Origin: Gemmatimonadales bacterium
GTDB lineage: Bacteria; Gemmatimonadota; Gemmatimonadetes; Gemmatimonadales; GWC2-71-9
Assembly (NCBI GenBank): GCA_036002655.1
Contig: DASYTD010000139.1
Location: 1-62,478 of the forward strand
Length of the DNA stretch: 62,478 nt
Direction: 5' to 3'
A program made the translations under genes and the position numbers. A model generated the notes under the pieces. That model had not been told where the DNA came from. It did no database searches and saw only the letters and a list, made by a program, of their open reading frames with translations. Shown in pieces: positions 44,875 to 52,643 of this stretch; position 1 is the stretch's first letter; each line of letters opens with the position of its first letter.

Positions 44875-45653
44875 AGGGCGTAGGCCAGCGTGAAGAGCCC
44901 GATCGCCACGCAATAGGGCGCGAAGACGTGGAAGCGCCCGCGCCTCAGCATGGCGACGAGAAAGCGAATCGCGAAGACGCCCGCGAGAAACGCGACGAGA
45001 CATCCGACGATGAGCGGCACGGCGCCCACCACGGCGATGTCGGCAGACGCGTGCCGCGCCTCGATGAGTCCGGCTCCCGCGATGAGCGGAATCGCCATCA
45101 AGAAGCTGAAATCCGCCGCGGCCACCGCGCCAAGGCCGACCCAGAGCCCGGACGCGATCGTCATCCCGGAGCGCGACACCCCGGGGAGCGGCGCGAGCGC
45201 CTGCGCCAACCCGATGATCAACGCGCCGCCAGGCGTTGGACGGACCGCGGCATCCGGCGCGGCGCCGCTGGCCCTCGTGGACCAGAGCGCCGCGGCGGTG
45301 ACCAGGAACCCGACTCCTGCTGCCCACAGCGAATTGAACGCGCGACCGATGAGATCCTCGAACAGCAAGCCGACGATGCCGGCTGGGATCATGCCGATCA
45401 GCAACAGACCCGCGTAGCGCAAATCGTCGGGCTGGCGGCCCAGGACCCCGAGGGCCAATTGCCAGAAACGACGGCCATAGACGACGAGAATGGACCCGAG
45501 CGTCGCCACATGCAGCGCGACTTCGACGAACACCCCCGGCGTGCGCACGCCGGCGACGTGTCCGATGACGGCGAGATGTCCGTCACTCGAAACGGGGAGG
45601 AACTCGGTCAAGCCTTGGACGAGACCGAGCAGGATTCCTTGCCAGAGGTTCAT
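44862..45653 (-). CDS. uppP: undecaprenyl-diphosphate phosphatase
   Basis: Start set to MNLWQGILLGLVQGLTEFLPVSSDGHL (ATGA overlap). Also contains PGVSRSGMTI. Confidence 0.9.
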   Translation of the reverse strand: MNLWQGILLGLVQGLTEFLPVSSDGHLAVIGHVAGVRTPGVFVEVALHVATLGSILVVYGRRFWQLALGVLGRQPDDLRYAGLLLIGMIPAGIVGLLFEDLIGRAFNSLWAAGVGFLVTAAALWSTRASGAAPDAAVRPTPGGALIIGLAQALAPLPGVSRSGMTIASGLWVGLGAVAAADFSFLMAIPLIAGAGLIEARHASADIAVVGAVPLIVGCLVAFLAGVFAIRFLVAMLRRGRFHVFAPYCVAIGLFTLAYALWHG

Positions 45654-46471
45654 GCGACCTTTCCCGCGACGAGCGCGATCAGCCCAATCACCATGGCGCT
45701 CTTGAGCAGCGCACTCACCCGGTCCACCTTGCCGAGCAGCAACCACGTCGCCGCGAGCAGCATCGCCATTTGCGCGAGCAGCGCGATCACGAAGTACGCG
45801 CCACCGTAGCCGGCGCTGCGCGGCAACAGCAGGCTCGCCGGCACGAACAACAGCCCGGCACCCGCCGCAATCACGAGTGCCGGCCGCCGGCCCACGGCGA
45901 TCGGTAACGTGCGACGCCCGATCGTTCGGTCACCGGGCTCGTCCTCCACGTCTTTGACGACTTCCCGGACGAAATGCAGCCACGCCGCCAAGGTCCACGG
46001 GACGAGGCCCGCCGCGGGGAGACCGACCGCGAGCGCCCCATAGAACGGCGGCGATCCGGCGACGACGGCGACCGCCAGGTTCCCGATCAACGGACGAGGC
46101 TTGAGGAGCGGCGAGTAGAGGAACATGACGGCAAGGGCGGCAAGGGCGGCAAGGAACTGCCGGCCGCTGACCAGACCGGCGAACACGAGACCGATCAACG
46201 CGCCATCGAAGACAATGAAATCGGCGACTCCGCGCCGGATCAGTCCCGCGGCGAGCGGCCGCGCTCCGGGCCGATTTACCCGGTCGGCCGCGACGTCACG
46301 GATGTCGTTCCAGGTGTTGCCCACGGCACCGAGCGCCATTCCGGAGAGTGCGGCGAACACCAACTCCTTGGGAAACCCGATGCGGCCGAGGGCGATCCAT
46401 CCTCCGGCCAAGACGCCCGCGGCAGCAATCAGGAGGTTGGGACCACGAATCAGCCGCAGGACGGGAAGCAC
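45650..46471 (-). CDS. UbiA family prenyltransferase
   Basis: 273 aa, polytopic. Contains NTWNDIRDVAADRVNRP. Confidence 0.75.
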   Translation of the reverse strand: MLPVLRLIRGPNLLIAAAGVLAGGWIALGRIGFPKELVFAALSGMALGAVGNTWNDIRDVAADRVNRPGARPLAAGLIRRGVADFIVFDGALIGLVFAGLVSGRQFLAALAALAVMFLYSPLLKPRPLIGNLAVAVVAGSPPFYGALAVGLPAAGLVPWTLAAWLHFVREVVKDVEDEPGDRTIGRRTLPIAVGRRPALVIAAGAGLLFVPASLLLPRSAGYGGAYFVIALLAQMAMLLAATWLLLGKVDRVSALLKSAMVIGLIALVAGKVA

Positions 46472-47598
46472 TATCCCAGAACCTCTTCATACAATGCTTC
46501 ATAGCGCGGCACCACGCGATCGGCGGAGAACTCGAGCGCTCGCGCGGCCGCGTTGCGCTGCATCCGCTCGTGCTCCGCGGAGTCCTCGAGCAAGCGCAGC
46601 GCACGCTCGGCCATCGTCGCGACGTCACCGGCCGGCGCCAGAAATCCGGTCTTGCCATCCTCGACCACTTCGGGAATCCCGCCCGCGGCGCTCGCGATGA
46701 CGGGAACCGCACAGGCCATCGCCTCGAGCGCCGCGAGCCCGAACGATTCGGTGGCCGAGGGCAGCAGGAACAGGTCCGCCCCGCGCAGCACGTCACCGAC
46801 GCTCTCCACCTTGCCGAGAAAGCGCACATCCTTCCGCAGACCGAGGCCGTCCACCTCGTGCTCGGCGGCATCGCGCTCTGGACCGTCGCCCACCAGCACT
46901 AGCGTCGCCGGAATTTTCTTGCGCACGCCGGCGAAGATTTTGACGACGTCGCCGATGCGTTTGACCGGTCGGAAGTTCGACACATGCACGAGGATGCGGT
47001 GGCCCTTTGGCGCGAGCCGCTTGCGGAACGCGTCGTCGCTGGGGGGATGATAGTCGGCCGTGGAGATGAAGTTCGGAATGACACGCACGTCACAGTGGCC
47101 GCAACCGAACGCGCGATATGTCTCGTCGCGGAGGTAGGCCGACACGGCGGTGACCTTGTCGGACTGTTCGATGGAGAACTTTGTCAGCGTGTAGTACGAC
47201 GGATCCTGACCAACCAGCGTGATGTCCGTGCCGTGCAGCGTCGTGACGATCTTCATGGACAGGTTCTCATGCTCGAGCATCTGCTTCGCGAGCCACGCCG
47301 TCGCGGCGTGCGGGATCGCATAGTGCACGTGCATCAGATCCAATTGTTCGCGTTTCGCGACTTCGTGTTGTTTGACCGCGAGCGCCAGTGCGTACGGGGA
47401 TGACTGCTCGAAGAGCGGATACTCGAACTGGGTCACTTCGTGGAACGTGACCCGCTCGGCAAAGCCCCGCAGGCGAAACGGGCTGGCGTAGGAAATGAAA
47501 TGGACCTCGTGGCCGCGTCGAGCGAGCTCGAGGCCAAGCTCGGTCGCGACGGCACCCGACCCACCATAGGTGGGATAACACGTGATTCCAATTCTCAT
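46471..47598 (-). CDS. bshA: GT4 glycosyltransferase, BshA-type (N-acetyl-alpha-D-glucosaminyl L-malate synthase)
   Basis: Start set to MRIGITCYPTYGGSGAVATELGLELARRGHEVHFI. Also contains HVHYAIPHA, TTLHGTDIT and a C-terminal ESFGLAALEAMA. Closely matches my memory of Bacillus BshA. Confidence 0.75.
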   Translation of the reverse strand: MRIGITCYPTYGGSGAVATELGLELARRGHEVHFISYASPFRLRGFAERVTFHEVTQFEYPLFEQSSPYALALAVKQHEVAKREQLDLMHVHYAIPHAATAWLAKQMLEHENLSMKIVTTLHGTDITLVGQDPSYYTLTKFSIEQSDKVTAVSAYLRDETYRAFGCGHCDVRVIPNFISTADYHPPSDDAFRKRLAPKGHRILVHVSNFRPVKRIGDVVKIFAGVRKKIPATLVLVGDGPERDAAEHEVDGLGLRKDVRFLGKVESVGDVLRGADLFLLPSATESFGLAALEAMACAVPVIASAAGGIPEVVEDGKTGFLAPAGDVATMAERALRLLEDSAEHERMQRNAAARALEFSADRVVPRYEALYEEVLG

Positions 47599-48638
47599 TC
47601 GGGAAACGGGACACGGGAAACGGGAAACGGAAAAGCGCGCCAACGCTCCAGGATCCGTTGCGCAAGGGCTTCAGGCGGTTCAGTCGCGTCCAGAGTCCAC
47701 ACGTTTCCCGTTTCCCGTTTCTCGTTTCCCGTTTTGAGTTGGTTTCGGAACCACGTGTCCTGGCGTTTCGCGTAGCGGCGCGTCGACACCAGAATCGCAT
47801 CGCGCAACGCGGGCTCGGGCAGCTGGCCTCGCAACATGCTCACAACCTCCCGGTAACCGACCCCATCGAGTCCCGGCGCATCGGGCGCGACGCCCGCCGC
47901 GAGCACGCGCTGGACCTCCTCCACGAAGCCGGCAGTGAGCATCGCTTCCACGCGCGCAGCGAGCCGGCGGTGCAACACCTCGCGCGGCACGGTGAGGTGA
48001 ATGTACCAGGGGCGCATCGTGCCGCTTGCGCGCGCTTCCTGCTGCCACCACGAGAGCGCGTGCCCCGTCAGCAACGCGACCTCGACCGCCCGGGCCGCGC
48101 GCTGACGCCCGCCGCCGGGAAAGCGCGGGTCGAGCCGGCCTGCCCAGCGAGCGAGATCGCCTCCTTCCAGCGACTCGGACCAGGCGCGCAGCTGCTCGCG
48201 GCGCTCCGGATCGAACGGTGGCTCGCGAAACAATCCCTCTGCCAGGGCGCGGATATACAGCCCGGTCCCCCCGACGACAATCGGCTGACGCTGCGCCGCG
48301 CGCGTATCGGCAATCCATCCCGCCGCATCGCGTGCGAACCGTCCTGCGCTGTAACGCTCGCCGGGATCGACCAGATCCAGTCCGCGGTGCGGCACGCGCG
48401 CCAGCGTCTCGGGATCGGGTTTGGCGGTGCCGACATCGAGGCCGCGATACACTTGTCGCGCGTCCGCAGAAATCACGGTGATGGGCGTGAGCGCGGCGAG
48501 CGCGACGGCGGTGGCCGTCTTGCCAACGCCCGTGGGGCCTACAATGACAGGTGTCAGGTGCCTGGCGTCAGGTGCGCCCGAAGCGACGCTCAAGCTCTTC
48601 CTTTGGGAGCTGCACCATGCTCGGACGGCCGTGGACAT
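47595..48638 (-). CDS. miaA: tRNA dimethylallyltransferase
   Basis: P-loop VIVGPTGVGKTATA, ARQVYRGLDVGTAKP and YAKRQDTWFRN. Start uncertain: ATG 48638 overlaps mutL by 71 nt, and TTG 48593 is an alternative. Confidence 0.85.
   Translation of the reverse strand: MSTAVRAWCSSQRKSLSVASGAPDARHLTPVIVGPTGVGKTATAVALAALTPITVISADARQVYRGLDVGTAKPDPETLARVPHRGLDLVDPGERYSAGRFARDAAGWIADTRAAQRQPIVVGGTGLYIRALAEGLFREPPFDPERREQLRAWSESLEGGDLARWAGRLDPRFPGGGRQRAARAVEVALLTGHALSWWQQEARASGTMRPWYIHLTVPREVLHRRLAARVEAMLTAGFVEEVQRVLAAGVAPDAPGLDGVGYREVVSMLRGQLPEPALRDAILVSTRRYAKRQDTWFRNQLKTGNEKRETGNVWTLDATEPPEALAQRILERWRAFPFPVSRVPFPE
47601..47737. repeat. inverted pair of GGGAAAC heptamer arrays (5 + 5 units) around the miaA 3' end
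   Basis: Left arm 47601-47635: gggaaac gggacac gggaaac gggaaac ggaaaag. Right arm 47703-47737: gtttccc gtttccc gtttctc gtttccc gttttga. 47601-47628 matches the reverse complement of 47703-47730 at 26/28 positions. Confidence 0.9.
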
Positions 48639-50262
48639 CGTGCGCGGGAAGCGTCGCCGTGAGCAGTCGCACAACCAATTCGCGCATTTCGCCCGCATCG
48701 AGGGTCTGCCCAGCCTTGATGGCCGCGCGACATGCGTAGGTCGCGGCAAACCGTTCCAGCCGGTTCTGCCACCCGCCAAAGCGGCCGCCCGCGAGATCGG
48801 CGACGAGCTCTTGGAGACAGCGCGCCGCTTCGAACCGGGGGTGTGGGTTCGGGGCGGTGTGCACCACGATGCTCCGGCCGGAGAACGGCTCAATCTCGAA
48901 CCCGATGCGGCCGAGCAGCTCGCGATGGGCTTCGATTGCATCGAGCTCTGCCGGCGTGAAGTCGAGAGTGAGGGGAAGCAGCAGCCGTTGGGCGGGGGCG
49001 CCATCGCCCGAGAGCTGGCGCAACACGTCCTCGTACAACACGCGCTCGTGCGCCGAGTGCTGATCCACGATCGCGACGCCGTTATCCGTCTGAAACAGGA
49101 TGTATGTGTCGAAGACTTGAAGCAGAGGCGGGCCTTGGGCCTGGGGATTAGGGCCTAGGGCGGTGGCGGGAAAGAGACTGAGCGGCACACTCATCCCACT
49201 CCAATTCTCCCCAGGCCCCAGCCCCCAGGCCCCAGGCCCACTTCCCAGCGGAGCGGCGGCGGCAAGGGGCGCCAGCGCCTCCCGTACCGCCTCCTCTACC
49301 ACCTTCTCGACGAAAAACTTGTCGCGGAATCGCGCTTCGAGCTTCGCGGGGTGGACGTTCACGTCCACGGCGTCGCTGGGAAGCTCGAGGAACAACAACA
49401 GCGACGGCCGGTCGCCGGGAGCGATCGTCGACCGGTAGCCGGCTTCGGCCGCCCGCAGGATGAACGGATCGCGAATCGGACGGCCGCGCACGAATACATA
49501 GCCCTTGCGTCCCGCGGGACGCGCCTGCGCGGGGCGCTGCACGAGGCCCGTGACCTCGAGCGGGCCCGCGCGGTGCGTGACCGCCAACAGCGTGTCGGCG
49601 AGCTCGATCCCCCACAGCGCGCGCACGCGGTCGATCAAGCGTGCCGCCGGCGGACAGTCGAGCAACGCACGCCCATCACTCGTCAGAGAGAACGCGACGT
49701 CGGGCCGCGTGAGGGCGAGCACCGTGAGTGCCTCCACGGCCGCGCGCGTCTCGGTGGCCGTGGCGCGCAGGAATTTCCGGCGGGCCGGTGTGTTGTAGAA
49801 CAGCCCGCGGACGGTGACGGTGGTGCCGCGCTGGCGGACCGTGTCTTCCACACCGTCCGATTTGCCGCCGGTCACCCGCAGGCGCGTTGCCTCGGCGCCG
49901 TCGCCCGATGTTTCGAGCTCGAAGCGGGAGACGGACGCAATCGCCGGGAGCGCCTCGCCGCGAAATCCGAACGTCGCGACTCCGATGAGATCGGTGACTG
50001 TGCGAATCTTACTGGTGGCGTGGCGCAGTAACGCGAGGCGGGCGTCTTCGGCGTCCATGCCCGCGCCGTCATCGCTCACGCGAATCAGCGTCTTGCCGCC
50101 GTCCTCCAGCTCCACGCGTACGGCGTGCGCGCCGGCATCGAGTGCGTTCTCGACGAGCTCTTTCACGACCGCCGCTGGCCGCTCGACGACTTCGCCGGCG
50201 GCGATCTGATCGGCCACGTTTCCCGCGAGAATCTGAACGCGGGGGCGCGCGAGCACACTCAC
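48568..50262 (-). CDS. mutL: DNA mismatch repair protein MutL
   Basis: GTG start at 50262 (GTGA overlap). Contains NVADQIAAGEVVERPAAVVKELVENALDAG and the C-terminal dimerisation domain DQHSAHERVLYE. Confidence 0.9.
   Translation of the reverse strand: MSVLARPRVQILAGNVADQIAAGEVVERPAAVVKELVENALDAGAHAVRVELEDGGKTLIRVSDDGAGMDAEDARLALLRHATSKIRTVTDLIGVATFGFRGEALPAIASVSRFELETSGDGAEATRLRVTGGKSDGVEDTVRQRGTTVTVRGLFYNTPARRKFLRATATETRAAVEALTVLALTRPDVAFSLTSDGRALLDCPPAARLIDRVRALWGIELADTLLAVTHRAGPLEVTGLVQRPAQARPAGRKGYVFVRGRPIRDPFILRAAEAGYRSTIAPGDRPSLLLFLELPSDAVDVNVHPAKLEARFRDKFFVEKVVEEAVREALAPLAAAAPLGSGPGAWGLGPGENWSGMSVPLSLFPATALGPNPQAQGPPLLQVFDTYILFQTDNGVAIVDQHSAHERVLYEDVLRQLSGDGAPAQRLLLPLTLDFTPAELDAIEAHRELLGRIGFEIEPFSGRSIVVHTAPNPHPRFEAARCLQELVADLAGGRFGGWQNRLERFAATYACRAAIKAGQTLDAGEMRELVVRLLTATLPAHDVHGRPSMVQLPKEELERRFGRT
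49131..49250. repeat. inverted pair of CCTGGGG/CCCCAGG heptamer arrays inside the mutL linker
   Basis: Left arm: ccttggg cctgggg attaggg cctaggg (49133-49160). Right arm: ccccagg ccccagc ccccagg ccccagg (49209-49236), plus degenerate units to 49250. Confidence 0.85.
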
Positions 50263-52643
50263 AATCCGGCGATCTCCGCTCCCAGGACCCAGCCGTGGAT
50301 TCCATCTTTGCGGTGCACTTCCCGCCACGGACCATAACTGCGGCCGGCGAGCAGCGCACCACCCGCCGGAATCGTGGCCGCCGCGCTCGCACCCCCATAG
50401 GGCGCGGCCCGTACGGGCGCCGTCTGCGCGATCACCACGACCAGTGGCCGATCGCGCCGCCGCCATTCGATTCCTCCCAGGATCGCTGAACCGACGACGA
50501 CCGCGCCGAGCAGCACGATCACCACACGCCGCCGGACCCCCAGCGCAATCGCGAGCCACAGCACCACCCATCCGGCGGCACCGATGATCGCCCACTCGGC
50601 CGGTGTGCCCACGCCCACGCGCAACAGCTGTTCGCTCACGGGATCGGGAGGAGGCAGCAGGCGCAACGCCCGCCGGATGGCCGCATCACGCGGCGCCAGG
50701 CGTGCCGCCCGCGTCCAGGCGGCCGTCGCTTTGCCATCAGCGCCGGCCCGGTACAGCGTGGCGCCGAGATTGTACCAGTTGGCGGGATCGCGTGGGTCGC
50801 GGGCGGCGCGCGCCGCGTAGGAATCGGCAGCGGCGCGCAACGCACCCGCTTCGAACAGCGCCTCAGCGCTCGGGGTCTGGGCCTGCGGCGGCGTTTGGGA
50901 TTGCAGGGTCGCAGCAGGCTGCGCCCCTACCAGTGCGAGCAGCACGAGCGACGTGAGGATTGGACGGCGACGGGAGGCGGTGTGCCCCTCCGCGCCCAGC
51001 ACGCGCAGCACCTGCTCGATTTCCGCCGCGAGCTCGGCAGCATCACCCAAGCCCCGTGGCCCATAGCGCGCCGCACGCAGCCGGTCACGCAAGCGCTTCA
51101 CATGGTCCGCCACAGCGCTGTCCACACCCGCCGCCCGCAACGCCTGGGCCAGTCCGTCGCCGTCGCGGGCGAACGGATCGGACACGTGGCTCGCGAGCAC
51201 GGCGAGAAACTCCCGCTCGAGACGCCCCAGTGGCGTGAGCTCAGGACCTCCCCCCGCCGGCGCCGGTTCCGGCGCGGCCGCACCACGCCGGCGCCGTCTC
51301 GCCACCCAGGCGATCAGGGGAGGCGCGAGCAGGATGGCGAGCCACCCCTCCCATCCGACGCGCCGGCTCAGGCGATCAGCCTCGAGCTCTCCCTGGCGCG
51401 CGAGCAGCGGCGGCAGCACGCGCGCTGCGCGCGGCTCGGCGCCAGGTGCGACCGCGAGCGCGCGCGGTCCCGTCGTCCCCACCTCATAGCGGCCTGCCGT
51501 TGGATCGAAGTACGGATAGCGCACTTCCGGTAGGACGAAGTTTCCGGACGAATCGGGCACGGCGAGGAACTGAAACGTCTTGCTACCGGCGATGCGCCCG
51601 GCGTCCGTCGCGACACGCACCTCTGTTTGCGCGGGATACACGCGAAATCCCGTCGGCCATTTCAACACCGGCTCAGGCCACAACGCCACGTTACCCACGC
51701 CGCCGATCGTGACCGACGCCTCCACGGGCTCGCCGACACGAGTCGTCGCGGGATCGACGTGGAGATCGAGACGCAATCCCTGTCCGACCACCGCGGTCCC
51801 AGAATTGGCCGGCGGAAGCGGCAAGACGGTGATCGCAATCGAGTCGCTGCGCAGCGCGTAGCGCTCTTCCCGGCTGAAAAACGAGAACGTGACCGGGAGC
51901 GCGTACTCGACCGAGGCGGGCGGAATGATCAGTCGCCCGGGTATGAGTGGAAACACGACCTGATGCGTGATGAACAAATCCATCCACCGGCCGCTCACCT
52001 GACGCGAGAGCGCAACGCCCGACGACGTCGCGGCGGGATACGCCCACACGCCTTCCGGGGTGACGAGCGTGAGCAGCGGCTGCCGCCGCATCCGTTCCTT
52101 GAGCTCGCGCGGGATCCAGGCGGCAGCGATCACGTCCACCTGTTGTCCGGCGAAGACCGTATCGCTCGGCACCAGCATCGTCAGCGCCACCCGATCGGTG
52201 CGGCGTGAGGCGGGTGCAGGGGCGCTCTCGAGCAACGACCGCGCCAGCGGGCTCAAGGCGATCGCCATGCGGTCCGCCGCACTATCCACGGTCACGAGGA
52301 TCGGATCGGTCGAAACGACGCTCACTCCCTGACGTGCCCGCACGGGACCGATCAGCAGCGCCCCCGCCTGCTGGGCCCGCAACTGGAGCTCGCGAACGGT
52401 CGTGCGGATCGAGCTGGTGCCCCCGCTGATCGCGACCTCCGTCATGTCGCGCGAGCCCACGATCGCGAAGCCGTTCAGCGACGGCAGCATGATCTCCACG
52501 GGGTCCGCCGTGCGCGTGCGCGCGCGCACCGTCAACGTCAGCTGCTCGCCGACCCTGAGGTGCGTGCGATCCACGCCGGCGGTAACCTCGGCGCCGCCTT
52601 GGAGGGCGAGGATGGCCGCGACGAGCGACAGCGCGGGGCTCAC
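50259..52643 (-). CDS. BatD-like protein fused to a BatE-like TPR + SH3b region
   Basis: 794 aa. The N-terminal BatD-type repeats are called on resemblance only (VDRTHLRVGEQLTLTV). Also has a TM region, a TPR-like segment and a C-terminal SH3b-like GPWREVHRKDGIHGWV. Confidence 0.7.
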   Translation of the reverse strand: MSPALSLVAAILALQGGAEVTAGVDRTHLRVGEQLTLTVRARTRTADPVEIMLPSLNGFAIVGSRDMTEVAISGGTSSIRTTVRELQLRAQQAGALLIGPVRARQGVSVVSTDPILVTVDSAADRMAIALSPLARSLLESAPAPASRRTDRVALTMLVPSDTVFAGQQVDVIAAAWIPRELKERMRRQPLLTLVTPEGVWAYPAATSSGVALSRQVSGRWMDLFITHQVVFPLIPGRLIIPPASVEYALPVTFSFFSREERYALRSDSIAITVLPLPPANSGTAVVGQGLRLDLHVDPATTRVGEPVEASVTIGGVGNVALWPEPVLKWPTGFRVYPAQTEVRVATDAGRIAGSKTFQFLAVPDSSGNFVLPEVRYPYFDPTAGRYEVGTTGPRALAVAPGAEPRAARVLPPLLARQGELEADRLSRRVGWEGWLAILLAPPLIAWVARRRRRGAAAPEPAPAGGGPELTPLGRLEREFLAVLASHVSDPFARDGDGLAQALRAAGVDSAVADHVKRLRDRLRAARYGPRGLGDAAELAAEIEQVLRVLGAEGHTASRRRPILTSLVLLALVGAQPAATLQSQTPPQAQTPSAEALFEAGALRAAADSYAARAARDPRDPANWYNLGATLYRAGADGKATAAWTRAARLAPRDAAIRRALRLLPPPDPVSEQLLRVGVGTPAEWAIIGAAGWVVLWLAIALGVRRRVVIVLLGAVVVGSAILGGIEWRRRDRPLVVVIAQTAPVRAAPYGGASAAATIPAGGALLAGRSYGPWREVHRKDGIHGWVLGAEIAGL

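Noticed and set aside
47601-47737. Considered whether the repeat arrays (here and at 49131, 16944 and 15666) could be a CRISPR array or minisatellite-type mobile element with terminal repeats
   Set aside because: The units are only 7-8 nt with no spacers, so this is not CRISPR. No transposase or target-site duplication is visible, so I report them only as tandem or inverted arrays.
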